DNA of 64,000 nt, taken from assembly GCF_009914755.1 (NCBI RefSeq), contig NC_060930.1; one strand, 5' to 3'. This document shows, in pieces, positions 42,547 to 63,379 of the stretch. The notes beneath the pieces were generated by a model, which was not told where the DNA came from, did no database searches, and was given only the letters and a program-made list of their open reading frames with translations. Position 1 is the first letter of the stretch. Every line of letters starts with the position of its first letter. The stretch is from the human T2T-CHM13v2.0 reference genome, Homo sapiens. The translations under genes were made by a program, and so were the position numbers.

Positions 42547-42708
42547 GTACTGGATGTAAGCAGAGAAGGCAAAGAAGAAGTATTCTATGGGCCTACACTC
42601 CCTTTTGCTTCCAATGGAATAGCAGCATGCTTCCTTCCAGCTCCATATTTTACATGCCCTAACCTTCAAACTCTTCAAGTGCCTCATCACAGGATTGGCA
42701 CCATCTGA
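42547..42708 (+). CDS. KLHL32: KLHL32 terminal coding exon VLDVSREGKEE...VPHHRIGTI*
   Basis: Strong pyrimidine tract plus ttgtag| acceptor; 54 codons ending TGA at 42706-42708. The five exons sum to 1236 nt in one open frame. Confidence 0.92.
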   Translation, partial: VLDVSREGKEEVFYGPTLPFASNGIAACFLPAPYFTCPNLQTLQVPHHRIGTI

Positions 42709-44175
42709 AAAGCCAAGCCATCATGAACAGGAGGAAAACATAGCTCTGACTGTTGGATACTGGGCATGAAAAGACTCAGTGCTCCATGCTTCCTTGTCTT
42801 GCTTTATAGGTCTTATATTCGGATAAATTTAAGCAAAAAATGAACAATTTTCTAAAATACGTTATTGAAAACTCGTCACCCTTCTCAGTGTATGTCAACA
42901 TTCAATATGTATGACTTTTATTGTGGTATAGCTTAGTGCCAATTTAAGGTATATTGTGTTCCATGGGTCTTTAGAGCATTCTTTGTACACTTTTTCTAAT
43001 CAGCACTGTCTTAAGACAACATAACACTGTTAGTAAGGCAATTTATTGGACACAATGGCATCGATGATCTTAAAAAAATATATATTCTGTACTTAATCCC
43101 TTTATTATTTAAAGCCGGGCTTGTAATTTTTCTTTTTAAAATTTAACATTATGCAGCCCTGCTCAGTAGAGACTCACTCAGCATTATGACATCATAAATT
43201 TTTAAATGCCATATTTTATTCAAGGTGATACGAATAATAATAGACATACACTGGAACAGCAGTTGTTGAAATACCCAGATTTTTCACCTTGGTTACTCTG
43301 ACCTTGGGTCAGAACCTAACTTTACAGTGCTTCAGTTTTCCCACCTTTTAAGGAGGATAATTACTGATTTCCACGTTAATTTAAAAGAACATTATGAGGA
43401 TTAGGCGAACACTTTGTAATACTTTGCCCAAGAAAAAGAAAAATGTTGTTACTGAAATTATAAGGTATTTTATTGTCTTTAGAACCTTGTAATTGAACAG
43501 GGAGATTATTTTTGAAGTTTAAAAATTACTAGATAGAATTTGGAAACATGTTGTGGAATAAATGATTCTAAAAAGCATGTGAAAGAGACACACAATGAGG
43601 AAATAGGGAGTTTCTCAAAATCTAAACTTGTACAGGTATCTAAACTTGCCTCAAGTAACTCAGATGTCTTATTTAAAATCATTTAGTGAAAAATGACATT
43701 TAAAGCTAAAAAATAATTTAGTTGTACTAATTATGGTACCATAAAGTGCTTTGACATAAATTTGAACCTAGAATTGGCAGTTCTAATAAAAGTTTTTCCA
43801 CTTTGTTAAAGGTTATGTCAATCTTGAGTGCTTGTGGAATTCTTCACCACCAATACATATTTTATTACTATCTCTTTTAATAATGCATAGGAATTCTTTT
43901 TTAGACTAGTTTTTGGGTTTGCTTTGTCTATAACAAAAAATAAATACAACAACTTAATAATCACATTTGAAAACAAATTTAACAAGTATAATGTGAGTTT
44001 TTCTTTTTTCCTAACTTCCTCAGGACCTAGGTCACCTTTATTAAAAGGAAGAATTCACTCTTTTTTCCTTGGCAGTTTAATCATTCAGGAATCCCTCTCT
44101 TAAAGGAAATTGTTATTTTATTCATGTAACCTTTTTTTGTAATCAAAAGTGAATAAAAACGATCTTTTTGTCTTA
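42709..44175 (+). other. KLHL32: KLHL32 3' UTR (about 1.45 kb, contains a MIR remnant near 43245-43430)
   Basis: Follows the stop codon. AATAAA at 43557, 43785, 43939 and 44152; the end position is inferred from the last. Confidence 0.7.
44152..44157 (+). terminator. Likely main KLHL32 polyadenylation signal
   Basis: AATAAA with two upstream TGTA (CFIm) motifs near 44124 and 44138 and U-rich sequence downstream. Confidence 0.7.
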
Positions 44176-45600
44176 CAGAATTCACTAACTTCATATATCG
44201 TTATACACAAAACATTGAAAATACATAAAACATTGAATATATGGCTTCTGGTTATTCAGATTTAAAGGGCAGGAAAGGGGACTAGGGAGAAGGAAAACAG
44301 GTAAATTTTAAAAAGAATAGGAATTTAGTATAGACAAACCTTAAGAGTATTTGGACAGTCTGAACAGTGAAAATTGATATTGACAATTGATATTTACAAT
44401 GAAGACAGCTTCTTTAAATGGTTTAAGCCATCTAAACTAAATTTTAAAAATGCCTTACCAAGGCAGGAAAATGAACTCCAGTATTTCAGAAAACTTTTCA
44501 ACAAGGACTTAAGTATTCAGCTATATTAATTTTTCTACTTGGGACATGAATTTTCTCTCTAGCAGTTTTACCTAGTAAAACTATTAAAATCTATTTGTAT
44601 TCCCAGGCCCTACATCCAACCAATGAAAGGGAAAAGCTCTAAAAATAAGCTTGCCCAACTAATAATAGCCTGAAAGGTAGCCTGAAACTACCCTTATTTC
44701 TGTATATATTTCTAACAATTCATATAAAACAAATCAGCATATATTAAACCCCTCCTAAGTGATCTTTATAATGTAATATTCATTAATATTACAGAACTGA
44801 ACTCAGAATTTTAAAAAGTTTTACCAGGTTCAGACACATCCTTTACAGCTATAGCCAAGAGTAGTACAAAAACATAACATCTCTTCCCTAAAAGGGAAAA
44901 AACCTAGATAACTTATAATTAGATCCTTTTATTCAAGGTTATCAATAATAGAAATAAGAATTCTATTAAACTATGGTCATATGAGCCAAATTTCACTGAA
45001 ACTATTCAAATATACATTTTCGATTTAAGTGAACTACACTATAGTAATTCATCTTCCATTTCCATTTTTACTCTTCAAAATTAAAGGCTATATTGTATTT
45101 GTAATGTAAATTATTATACTAATGTGAATTTCTATAGGAAGGTCATGAGACTTGCAAACATTTAAATATCACTTCAATATTTTACTTTAAAAGAGGAAAC
45201 AAAACACAGTACCAAACAGATGATAACAGATATTCTTGGTGTTAAAGGAAAAGCCAGCAAAGATGTGAATTTCTAAAATAATCTGTACAATGCAATAACA
45301 CTTCTTAGATCCTTAAAAACAAAATAGCAATTAGGTAATGACTAGGGTACTTTTCATACTTTTTCCTTCATATTTTCTTCACACTTTAACCACATGTACA
45401 TCAAACTCTTTCAGCTACCACAGCATCTGAAAACCTAACTTTCCATAGTTTTACCACAAAGTATAAAAACATCAGTAATAAGATAGAAATTATTACTTCT
45501 GGTAACATGGCTCATTTTTACTTTAGCTTCCAAACAGTGAATCTGTTATAAAAAGGAAGTTTTCAATAATCAAGGGCACAATGTAAGTTACATATATACT

Positions 45601-45606
45601 TTTATT
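45601..45606 (-). terminator. Likely distal MMS22L polyadenylation signal
   Basis: TTTATT on + is AATAAA on -. Fits my recollection of a long MMS22L 3' UTR ending a short distance from KLHL32. Confidence 0.55.
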
Positions 45607-47237
45607 ATTATATATAATTTTATCATATGCACAAATAACTCATAAATATGTATATAAAACTAAAATGTCCACAATTTTTCTAAAAGCACAATTCACAAAT
45701 GCAATGAATTGGATAGCCATTGGCACATCAAAAATTTTAATAAGTATAAACTGGTCAATTCCAACCATTTGGTAATTTACAATGCAGGTTATCACAGTAT
45801 CAAAATACACCTTATTAAATTTGTAAAGAATATGCTATGTTGCTAGCTTCCCAAACCAACTGTTTCTAACCAAATAAAGCATATTATTTATATTGGCATA
45901 CTATACTCTTGCCTGACAGGCAATATTTTTAACTCTAAGAGGGGTAGGTAAAAGATCAGTTTTTTGGAAAATAAAAGATTTATATAAAAAGTCTGGATAA
46001 AAAAGCAGTGGTTTAGTACAGATGATTCAACTTTTGGTGAGGTTTCTGTATCTATTTACCTTTTAGACATGGGGAGACATGAGTGCTATGATAACATACG
46101 GTTTGGGGAAGGCAGATTTCTAAAGGCTTTTCCTAACTGTAGAAGCTTGTCAAATTTTTATATAACATATAATTTTTAACTGTCAAAGATTCTGTGAAAG
46201 TACACAGAAGCAGGTCCGTGTAATTATTTAAGAACAAGGTAGTTTAAAAAATGTGTTGTAAAGCATGGAAGAAAATAATAATAGGTAAGGAAAACCCACA
46301 AACATCTGACTCACAAATATTTTCTTATACAGATGCTGAGGTAGAAAAAGTCAAATATGCTTAAGAAGAAAACATACGAAGGATAGGTAAAGATATACAA
46401 GTTTTAAACTATGAAATTCCTCTAATGCAAATGAACTCAATACTGAATGACTTTTCCACAGTCCTCCATGCTTCCTTCCTTGCCATGGAAACGTTCTAAT
46501 TAAATTGAAATTTAAATCATAACCAAATCCAAATGCCTAATAAAGTCCTTTCATCACTCTGTTGTCCTTCAGTTGTCTTTTATACTCTATCTGGTATTTT
46601 ATAGATATTATTTGACTGGAATACTCATGTATCCAAATGTATATTTTAATTTTCTTCCTATTTAAGTGTCTTCAATTTCTATAGGAAAGAGGTCCTATAC
46701 AGTTTCCATGCTGTAAACTGAATGAGGCTGAGTGTAGGATGAACATGGCAATCAGAGAAAGCTGCTAAATGAGCCTCTTGTTTGGAAAGAGATAAGCTTG
46801 AAGATAAAGGTACAGTCAGATAGGTGGCAGAAAGTCTCCAGACTGAAGGGTTTGAACATCACCTTATAAACAATGGTAAGTTACTGGAAGTCCTCGAGCA
46901 GAAAAGTAACAAGAGGAAAACAGTATTTTAGGAATACACATTTCAGAACATAAGCTGTAGGAGAAGAAACCAGAGGTAAGGAAATAAGTAGTGCCCAACA
47001 GAAAAAACAAACAACCAGTGGATGCAAGGCACTGCAAAAAGATAAAAAGAAGCCTAAGATCCTGTAATGGTAATCAACTGAAAGTGGGAGAAACATGAAG
47101 AACCTAAAATGCCTCTGACATTTCAAGGCTAAATAACTTAGGACAATAGTGTATTCCCTGGGTAGAAAATGAAAGCAGGAGGTAGTCTGAGATTTCAGGA
47201 GACTCCAACTACAGAGGTTTAGAGATAAATTAGCACT

Positions 47238-47883
<646 letters not shown>

Positions 47884-48441
47884 TATATGTAGGAAGGAGC
47901 AGTACCATTGTGGAAATGATGGGAAGATAAAAGAAAATACAATTGTCACAGAGAGGACAAAGAACATGAGAAAGGAGAACAAACTCAGATTTGACCAAAA
48001 GACAATGGCTTGTATTACACTGGTAGAAGCAGCAGCCTCAGAAATTACAGGGTATTTAGGGAAAGTGGCTATTAAAGAAGCAGGTATAAGGGACTCCAAG
48101 TCTGGGAATGAAAGAGGGCAAGATTGTAGTAATAAGTGAAGGATCAGTGAAGATTTTAAAAAAAAGGAACTGAGCCATAAATTTTCTTCTTTTTTCAATT
48201 TAAAAAAAAGCTTTAAAAAAAGTTACTTATACATAAATACAAAACATATAATACACACACATATTGTTACACACTTTGTTGTTACCATTCTTAAGTACAA
48301 ATTTTAGTTATTCTTAGTATCTATAGATATATGTCCTAAAGCATGATTCAGTAGCAGCTTTTCCTATCCTTTAAACGTTTTCATACTCTAAGGAGCAAGA
48401 TTCTCAAAGGTATCTTTATCAATCTCCTTTGGAAAAAAAAA

Positions 48442-48444
<3 letters not shown>

Positions 48445-48494
<50 letters not shown>
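48445..48494. repeat. (CA)25 microsatellite
   Basis: Direct count of an uninterrupted CA run. Confidence 0.97.
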
Positions 48495-48500
<6 letters not shown>

Positions 48501-49059
48501 TATACACATAAATAACCTCTTTAAAGGCATCACCTTAAATAGATAAAACTCCTTAGTGACTGCTGGAACTTTCCAAGCCATACATTATTTGTTTAGTAAG
48601 TCACTATCATGATGAAAAGAAATTCAGTGTTATGAAGTCTATTAAACAGCCTTAAGCTTTCATTTATTCCCTTTGATGAAGCTGATTTGAGAGAAGGACC
48701 ATTTATATGTTATGAAAATAACAGACACTCCTTTGGATTTCACAGATTATAATTAAGAGAACGCTATTAACTACAGAATACTGATTGCAAAGTATTTCAT
48801 TTTTAAAGATACTCCTTGAGCCAGAGAAGGGTTGAAATGTTTTCTTGAAGGAAGAGTAGAACCATGATAAAGACTATAATCCCAAGAAGGAAACAAAGTA
48901 CTTCAAAGTTAGAAAACATGATGTAAGAAAACATTGGAAAGTGGGATCATTCATCTGGGACATATCATTAGAGAAAGATAAAATTGAGAGGTGTTCTTTG
49001 CCTTAATTGTGCACGAGTAATAAACTAATCGTGTCTGTACATTTCCCAACAGAATTTGG

Positions 49060-49270
49060 GCCACCAAATATTTTCACGTACATTATCCCATTGATTCTCA
49101 CAACAACACTGTCAAATAGTAAAGGGATTCTTCTTTTCTTCTCCATGAAGAAACTAGACTGAGAAAGGTTACGTAACTAGCTCAAGATCATAAAGCAAAG
49201 CTGAGTTTGAGACCCAGGTGGGTTCCCAAAACTAGGACTGGAGCTCTTTCAACCAAATAATGCTCAATAG
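49060..49270 (-). mobile_element. MIR
   Basis: ttgattctcacaacaacactgt...gactgagaaaggttacgtaactagctcaagatca. Confidence 0.65.
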
Positions 49271-50232
49271 GAAAAGGAGTCAAGGACAAGCTCCAACTGG
49301 TAAAACAATCTGGATGAGTTAAGAGTTCAAAAGTTGAGAAACAATGTTGTTAAAGGAAACTAAACAGGTTTCTTGGATAAAATGCTAAGTTATAAGAAGC
49401 TCTGGCTAAAGAGCAAGAAGATGGATCAGCTGACTTCTCAGACCACTACTATTGTTACTTTTCTAGAATATTTTTATTTACTCTCCTCTTAAAGTCTCCT
49501 TTATTTCCTCCTCCTGATATGATTTTTTTTTTAATGACAACTCCAAAAGAAAGGATGAATAAAAAAAAAAATTTGGCAACTCTTGGAACCTAAATATAAA
49601 CCCTGTTGGCATGTTTACACTTCTTTTTGGATATCAGCTGTATAATCCTTTAGCCAGATTCAGTCTCATTCCTAACACAGTTAAGTGTGCTTTGTAAGGG
49701 TTTTCTTTGTTAACTTGCCTCACACATATAAAAAAGAAAAACAAATACACAGTCACATTTCCCAACACCTTTCCCCCACCAAAAACACAGTATAGGGTAG
49801 CCAGGTACTTTGAAAAAGTATCATTTTAAAACATAACTATTATTGTAAAAATAAAAAATAAACATGACAAATCAGTCACAAGGCAGGGAGGCAGGAAGTC
49901 ATACTACAACAAAAAGTCTATGGATGAAGTATCTGCTTAATACTCACACACAGAAAACACTCTCAGAAAATGTTTCTTTAATTTAGTTTAACTAAAATTT
50001 CATCAAGGTAGAATGCAGTTTTGTAAAAAGTTCCAAGGATCCTATTACACAGTTGCTAATTAACCTTCAGTTCCTTATTTATACATTTTTTACTTACAGA
50101 TATAAAAGGAAAAAAAATCCTAGAAATTATTTTAAACAGAACATTATACAATTAATTAAAAGTAGGAATTAGAGTGGAACAATGTGGCTTTAGATACTGA
50201 TAATTAATAGACAGGATGAATCACAAAATATA

Positions 50233-50314
50233 TTAAGTATTATCATTTTCCAGTCTCTGCATCTCATCTTGTCCCATCTGTCCAAGGTGAGACAAAAGTT
50301 TGCTATAGGCTTCC
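50233..50314 (-). CDS. MMS22L: MMS22L terminal coding exon (R)EAYSKLLSHLGQMGQDEMQRLENDNT*
   Basis: Minus-strand pyrimidine tract plus aaacag| acceptor; ends TAA; C-terminus recognised as MMS22L. Confidence 0.9.
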
Positions 50315-50395
50315 CTGTTTAAGAAAAAAGAAAAGAAAGCAAATATATTAACATTTTCATTATTTTTCATTTCAGTATTTACAAATTAAGTCTGC

Positions 50396-50432
50396 CCATC
50401 ATCCATCCATCCATCTATTCAGCCATCCATCC
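50396..50432. repeat. (TCCA)n simple repeat in the MMS22L last intron
   Basis: ccatcatccatccatccatctattcagccatccatcc. Confidence 0.8.
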
Positions 50433-51437
50433 AGCAGGCTTAGCACAACACTTCTTAAAAAGTAATGCTTTATATCTATTGTGAGTAAACCTAGATGTTA
50501 AGATGTATTAAAGTATGATTTTTATATATAAAATGTGTGCTAAAAATGACATGTAAAAGTTCATTAACCTTCCGAAATATTATAATGCTCACGGGTAATA
50601 AAATGCATTCATGGAATATTATTTAAGGACAATGATGGTATGATTACAATGGGAAGACTTGTATCACAAGCGTAAGTATTAAAACAAAAATTCTGTAACC
50701 ATAAAATAGACCTGTGTAGCAATTTCAGTATATATCCCATTTTCTTCTTTTAACTTCTTATAAGTAACAAAGTTTGAAAATAAAATATTGTTTCTCCTCC
50801 TACATTCTCTAGTACTTCCCTGTATTTGGAAGGTGTTTTAGATGATTTATTGTGCCTAGTAGTTATCTCACTAGTCTAAATACCTGTTCTGTTCAGAATC
50901 TTTAGAACCAAACTTCTTATGGGCCTGCATAACCACACAAGGTAGTAGGCCAGAATATTTGTTTTAACAACATACTGCATTAGGGTGGTTCACACACAGC
51001 CTCTCTAGTTTTTTCACTCAAATTTGAAGACTGCTCAGAGAAGCCAGATGTGAGACATGTCTGTGCATGAGCTTGTTTTGTGACATGACAATAAACACCA
51101 TTTCTTCAAGCTACAATTTGAAGTGATTCAATCTTCTCTCCTTAGAAAACCACAGGAGGCTAGCCAAGTCACCATGCAGAAGAAAGGAGATGTTCCATTC
51201 TGGCATACAAAAGCTTTACAAGGATGATCTCTCCAGTCCGCACCCCCTGCCTTTTATATGAAATGGCATTGAAAAAATGGATTCCATTAGTTAGCTAAAG
51301 CTATAATCAACATAGTCATGTCTTCAAGAAAGATCTCATATATTGTTTAATAAAAAATTTTTGTCTAAAAATTGGAATATGCATATTCATTAGAGTGTGT
51401 ATTTGTACAGATAAACAGACACACATGCATATGATTA

Positions 51438-52639
51438 TAGTCATGCACTACATTAAAAACATTTTGGTCAATGATGGGCTGCATTTTGGTCAATGATGGA
51501 TCCCATTAAGATTATAATGGTACTGAAAAATTCCTAATGCCTGGTGATGTTGTAGCCATTGTAATGTCTTAGTGTAATGCCTTACTCGTGTTGTTTGTGG
51601 TGATGCAGGTATAAACAAACCTATTGTACTGTCAGTCATATAAAAGTCTAGCACACACAACTATACATAGTATATAATACTTGATAATAAGAAAGAATGT
51701 TACTGGTTTATGTATTTACTATACTTTACTTTTTATTGTTATTTTAGAGTGTACTCCTCTTTATACTTATAAAAATAAAAGTTAACTGTAAAACAGACTC
51801 AGGCAGGTCCTTCAGGAGGTATTCCAGAAGAAGGCTTCCTTATTGCAGGAGACGACAGCTCCATGTGCGTTACTGACCCTGAAGACCTTCCAGTGAAATA
51901 AGATGTAGAGGTGGAAGACAGTGATGTTGATCATCCTGACCCTGTGTAGGCTCAGGCTAATGCGTGTGTGTCTTCATTTTTTACAAAATAGTTTAAAAAT
52001 AAAAAATAATTTAAAAATAGAAAAAAGCTTATTCAAGAATATAAAGAAAGAAAATATTTTTGTACAGCTATACAATGTGTGTGTTAAGCTTTTTTACAAG
52101 AGTAAAAAAGTTAAAAAAAGAAAAAGTTTAAAAGGTAAAAAAGAGTAAGCTAAGGTTAATGTATTATTGAAAAACTAAAAATTTTAGAAATAACTAATGT
52201 ACTCTAAATGTATTATGTTTATAATGTCTACTACAATAGTGTACAGTAATGGCCTAGGCCTTCACATTTATCACCACTCACTCGCCGACCCACCCAGAGC
52301 AACTACTAGTCCTGCAAGCTGCACTCACGGTAAGTGCCCTATATAGGTATACCATTTTAAAATCTTTGCTACCATATAATTACTGTACTATGTTTTCATA
52401 TATTTAGATACACAAATACTTACCATAAGTTACAACTGTCTATAGTATTCACTACAGTAACATGTTATACAAGTTTGTAGCCTAGGAGCAATAGGCCACA
52501 CCACATTGCCTAGGTGTGTGGTATAGGCTATTCCATCTAGGTTTGTGTAAATATACTCTATTTGATGTTCACAAATGATGAAATCGCCTAACTACACATT
52601 TCTTAGAACTTATCCCTGTCGTTAAGCAACACATAACTG
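51438..52639. mobile_element. Tigger3-derived (Tigger3b-like) DNA transposon, ~1.2 kb
   Basis: TA|tagtcatgc ... cacataactg|TA terminal repeats and internal Tigger3 motifs. Confidence 0.85.
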
Positions 52640-53279
52640 TATTTTGATTCTTTAATAACCTTTAGGACACAAAAATTCCACTGTGAGTACTGACTACTCT
52701 AAAACAATTTCTTTAAGAAATAAATATAGGCTTATTCCCACAATGTTGAGACTCTAAATAGTCCAGCACTATTTTCAGTTGAGTTATGAGCCTATTAAAA
52801 AAAAGTCTTATTTCCTATTTTTGACCAAAACCTATACTGTCTAATTGGGTCACTTATTCACTAGATACACATGATACAGTTGACTAAATAAATCAAGCAT
52901 CCCTCAAACGGTTATGATTTGCCACCATAAATTTTATTAAAAAACAAGACATCCAAGGCTATGAAGTCCACTTCCCAATGAGGAACACTGAAATGCGTTT
53001 TGAGTAACAGCAGCACTGCTGAAATATACAGCTTTCTAAAGCGGTCACTTTGAAAGGAAAAACATGCAAATTTATGTATTGATTTTGCTAAGTTTGCTGA
53101 TGAGCCATGCTACTTCTATTCACACTTTGTAAAACTGATAATCACAGTACTGAAACATTTTTCATCTCAAAAGAACATACCCAAATTTTGGGGAATAAGA
53201 AAATAAATCATTTCTATAAAATGAAATATAAATTTTATAATCACTGCCCCCCCCAATGTAATTAAATTATCAAACATAC

Positions 53280-53447
53280 CTTTGTGCTATATTCCTGCCA
53301 AGGCCCCATTTCTGCTCTGAATCCTTCAGAGACTGAGTAAGGGTAGAAATCAAGTGGATGACAACCTGCTGGTCCAATGTTGCTACTGTTTCTAAAATGC
53401 TGTAAACCTGGTAATAGTACCTCATACCATAATCCTGGATAAACTGC
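53280..53447 (-). CDS. MMS22L: MMS22L 168-nt exon (R)QFIQDYGMRYYYQVYSILE...GLGRNIAQ(R)
   Basis: Acceptor ttactttcag|, donor AG|gtatgt, open frame, phase 2 to 2. Confidence 0.92.
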
Positions 53448-54592
53448 CTGAAAGTAAAACAGGTTTATTTAGGATTACTCCTGGGGCAATTCCTTGTGTT
53501 GGTATCTACGTGGCAATCAACTATGAACTGAACATAACAAAGATCATTTCATAAAAGTTTACTGTAAGAATCTGGATGCAATATGAAAACTATTTAAAAC
53601 ACTTTAAAATAAAGAATTGAAGTGGCTTATTTAAGTTGAGCCATGACCAGAGTGAAAGCACTGTGGGGAGGAGCAGGGAAGGGAAGAGTTGGAAGCTTGG
53701 GAGGGAGAAGAAGGGGTAAAAATCTAATCCCGGGACTTTTTTGCAATATTCTACATATTGAATCTGAGTGGAAAGGATATGGGAGACAGTAACAGAAAAA
53801 AGTCAGATTTCCTAGTTATTTTTTAGTTCTTTGTAGCTCTATATAAGTCAAACAATATTTTTATGAGGAAAGCAAGTTATTCCTAATATATTTTATGTTC
53901 CTTAACTGAATAAAAGACTTTAGACCCATAGAAGGTCTTTATAAATAAAAATTCTATATTTAGCCTTAAAACCTCTACCCTCCACTACCAATCAACAAAA
54001 TGAAAAGCCACCTCGCTTAGTAAATTATAGATAACATTCAATCTTTGATCATAGAAAATCCTTTTCTCCCCTCCTAGGGCTTCACAATTTTCACAAATCC
54101 ATTGTTACTGACTGATCACAATTTAAATAAACTATAAACACTTGACAGGCACTAATTATGTGATGAGAAAAATGGAGGTATCAAAGATCCAACATAGAAT
54201 GAAGGAAACGAACGCAAATTATTTCTCATGGTAGTGGTAAGGCAGAGATAGGAATAATAAAGGTGAACTGGAAGAAATCTTCAGAAAGAAATACAAAAAC
54301 GTATTGCCCTAACAGCACAAGACTCTAAAGGGAACAAGACAGGGAAGAAAAAGAAAATATGCCTCAAGTTGCACTGTTATTCTTATGAACAATAGATCTA
54401 CTTCTATAAAGTCCATGCTTCACAAATTAAACATAACGGAGCTTTCTGAAGCTACAGTTAGTATACTAAAGCAAGTCAGAAAAGCAGTGACATGTACTTC
54501 TACAATGGATCCAGCGGAACATGTTTAGCAAGGTCTGAAGGCCTGTGTACCTGTCATCATGACTCACATTTCCCACTTTACTCTCTCAAACC

Positions 54593-54947
54593 CAGTCTAG
54601 GACCACGTAATGACATTTCAGTCAATGACAGATAGCATGTACAATGGTAGTTCAGTACAATAAGATTAAAATACTGCATTTTTACTGTACCTTTTCTATG
54701 TTTGGATACATTTAGATACACAAATATTTACCACTGTGTTACAACTGCCTACAGCATTCAGTGCAGAGACATGTTATACTGATTTGCAGCCTAGGACCAT
54801 TAGGCCATACCATATAGCTTAGGTGCAGAGTGGGCTATAGCACCTAGGTTTGTATAAGTACACTCTATTTGATGGTCACACAATGGTGAAACTGGCTAAC
54901 TATACATTTCTCAGAACTTATCCCTATCGTTAAGAGACACATGACTG
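54593..54947. mobile_element. Tigger3a/MER7-like element
   Basis: Shares both ends with the 51438-52639 element (agaacttatccct..cgttaag..acacat.actg). Confidence 0.82.
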
Positions 54948-55197
54948 TTCATGCAAGATTCTTCCTCACTAAATTCACAGGTAATTTTAAGTCCCCTCAC
55001 TTATCTTTTTCACTGGCACTTTTATTTTTCAATAAAACATCACAGTGTAACAAAACTACTGCCAAAAATACAATAATTGAAATACTATAAACAAGTAGTA
55101 ACACATTATGTTTTGGATAATTAGTTATTTAAAAAACATGTTGGCTGTCAAATGGCTGGCAATAGTTTCCTTGCCAGGTGGCATATTTTCCAGTTAC

Positions 55198-55294
55198 CTA
55201 AACACAGAAGTCAGCTGGGAGGAAGGTTCTTCTTCTGACCCCACTTGGCAGGCTTTTACCATGTATTGCAGGTTCTCTGTGGCCAGCCTTTTAA
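55198..55294 (-). CDS. MMS22L: MMS22L 97-nt exon (V)KRLATENLQYMVKACQVGSEEEPSSQLTSVF(R)
   Basis: Acceptor tttttccttctag|, donor AG|gtaact, phase 1 to 2 joins in frame to the next exon. Confidence 0.9.
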
Positions 55295-56267
55295 CTAGAA
55301 GGAAAAATTACAGCATTAGGCACTGTGTCTGAATTGACCATCTGGATCCTCATTTTTATGAACACTCTTGATTTAGAAAAATATGTTGTTTTCTTAAAGT
55401 ATGTACATCCTTTTTCTATTTTTCAAAATGAAATAGTTCTAAGTTTTTGTTTTATTCTAAAGTATACCTATCTTCCATTTTAAGAAAATATAAAAGTTTA
55501 AAAGTCTACTTTTTAGTCTGAAATAATACATGAAGACCTATTTTTCTCTTAGAAAGGTGCCCATATTCAAAAAAGTTACACCATCCTAATCCTACAAACA
55601 GTAACATACCGACAAAAGAAAGCCTTTACAAATTCAGCTGATTTACAGACAGGCAGATTGATTTTTTAAAAATTCATAAGCATATTCCTCCCACCCCCTC
55701 ACAAACATGTAAGTAGCAAACTAGATACCGTGAACAATTTCTTTTCACTTAAAATTAGCCAAATATGTATGCAAAATGTTGTTTGTGATGCTATCTTCCT
55801 TTCAAAGGATAATAAAGTATAAAAAGAATACTTACATTCTTTAAATATTTAACTAAATCCTTTAAAATTGTGTGCTTGTACACAAAAATAATGCAAAAAT
55901 ACCAAGAAAGGATGTAGAAAACCCAATATGTTCTGAATGCTACTAAATTCTTATGTTGTTTTTGACACATTAAATATAAGAAACCAGAGAAAAAAGTGCT
56001 TTTTCCAAGAATAAAAAAAAGTTCAGAAACTGTAACCCTAAATTATAGCAGGAGCACAAAATATATGATGAACATGAACATAATGAATATTAGGTAGTAG
56101 AGAATGTTTTCCATGCGATGAGGCTCGTGGCTAAGGAACACACAGCATCCTTGCCTTTTACTTGAAAACTTTTTACAACTTTTTAAAATAACTTCTCATT
56201 TTAGATGCAGTTTCTTTTTTCTTTAACTGAACTACCTTTTTTTTTTTTAAAAAAAATGAGTATTTTC

Positions 56268-58390
<2,123 letters not shown>

Positions 58391-58739
58391 AGTAATTCAT
58401 ATGGAGCTATTAGTATAGTCACTTAAGCTTTCTGTGGTTGCTGTTTGCACAACTATCTTTTCCCATCCTTTTACTTTCAATCTATTTATATCTGTGAATC
58501 TATAGTGTTTCCTGTAAATACCATATGGGTAGATCTTGTTTTTTTAAGAATCCATTGTGATCATCTCTGCCTTTTCATTGGACTGGTCAATCCTTTCACA
58601 TGGTATTATTACTGATATAGTTTGATTTACATCAGCAATTTTACTTTTTGTTTTCTTAATGACTCGTGTTTGTTTCTTTAATCTCCTTTACTGTTTTCTT
58701 ACTACATTAAGTGAATATTTTTTAACGTAGTCTTCCAAA

Positions 58740-62718
<3,979 letters not shown>

Positions 62719-63022
62719 AATTATTAATTATTTTTGAACTATTTCCTTTGTGGTCACTCTAAGCTAACCATATATACCTTAACTTATCAGAGCTTCAAAT
62801 TTATACTAATGATAGTGAAATACAGAAACATAAATCCTATGCACTATATAGCTCTATTTATTTCTCTCCCTTTTTGTGGTATTGTTATACTTATTATATA
62901 ATATCTACAAATGTTAAAACTTAAAAGTATACTGTTGTAATTTTTACTTTATATAAATTTATGTCTTTCAAAGAAGCTAAGAAAAGAGAGAACAGCAAAT
63001 ACATATCTTAACTTCTGCTATA

Positions 63023-63343
63023 TAGGTCCAGCATTCCAAAGATCCAAAATTCCAAATGCTTCCAAATCTGAAAGTATTTGAGCTGACCTGATGCCATAAG
63101 TGGAAAATTCCACACCTGACTTCATGTGACAAGTTGCATATACTATTTATAAATATTGTAAAAAATTACCTTCAGGCTACATGTTTAAGGTATATATGAA
63201 ACATAAATGAATTTCATGTTTAGACTTGAGTCCTGCTGCTAAGATACCTCATAATAAATATGCAAATATTCAAAAATCCAAAAGAATCTGATATATAAAA
63301 CACTTCTGTTCCCAAGCATTTTGGATACGGAATACTCATCCTA
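63023..63343. mobile_element. Tigger4/MER46-like element
   Basis: atccaaaattccaaatgcttccaaatctgaa...cccaagcattttggata terminal motifs. Confidence 0.75.
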
Positions 63344-63379
63344 TATTAACCTTCTTATTTATCATTTCTGTTTTTTTTT

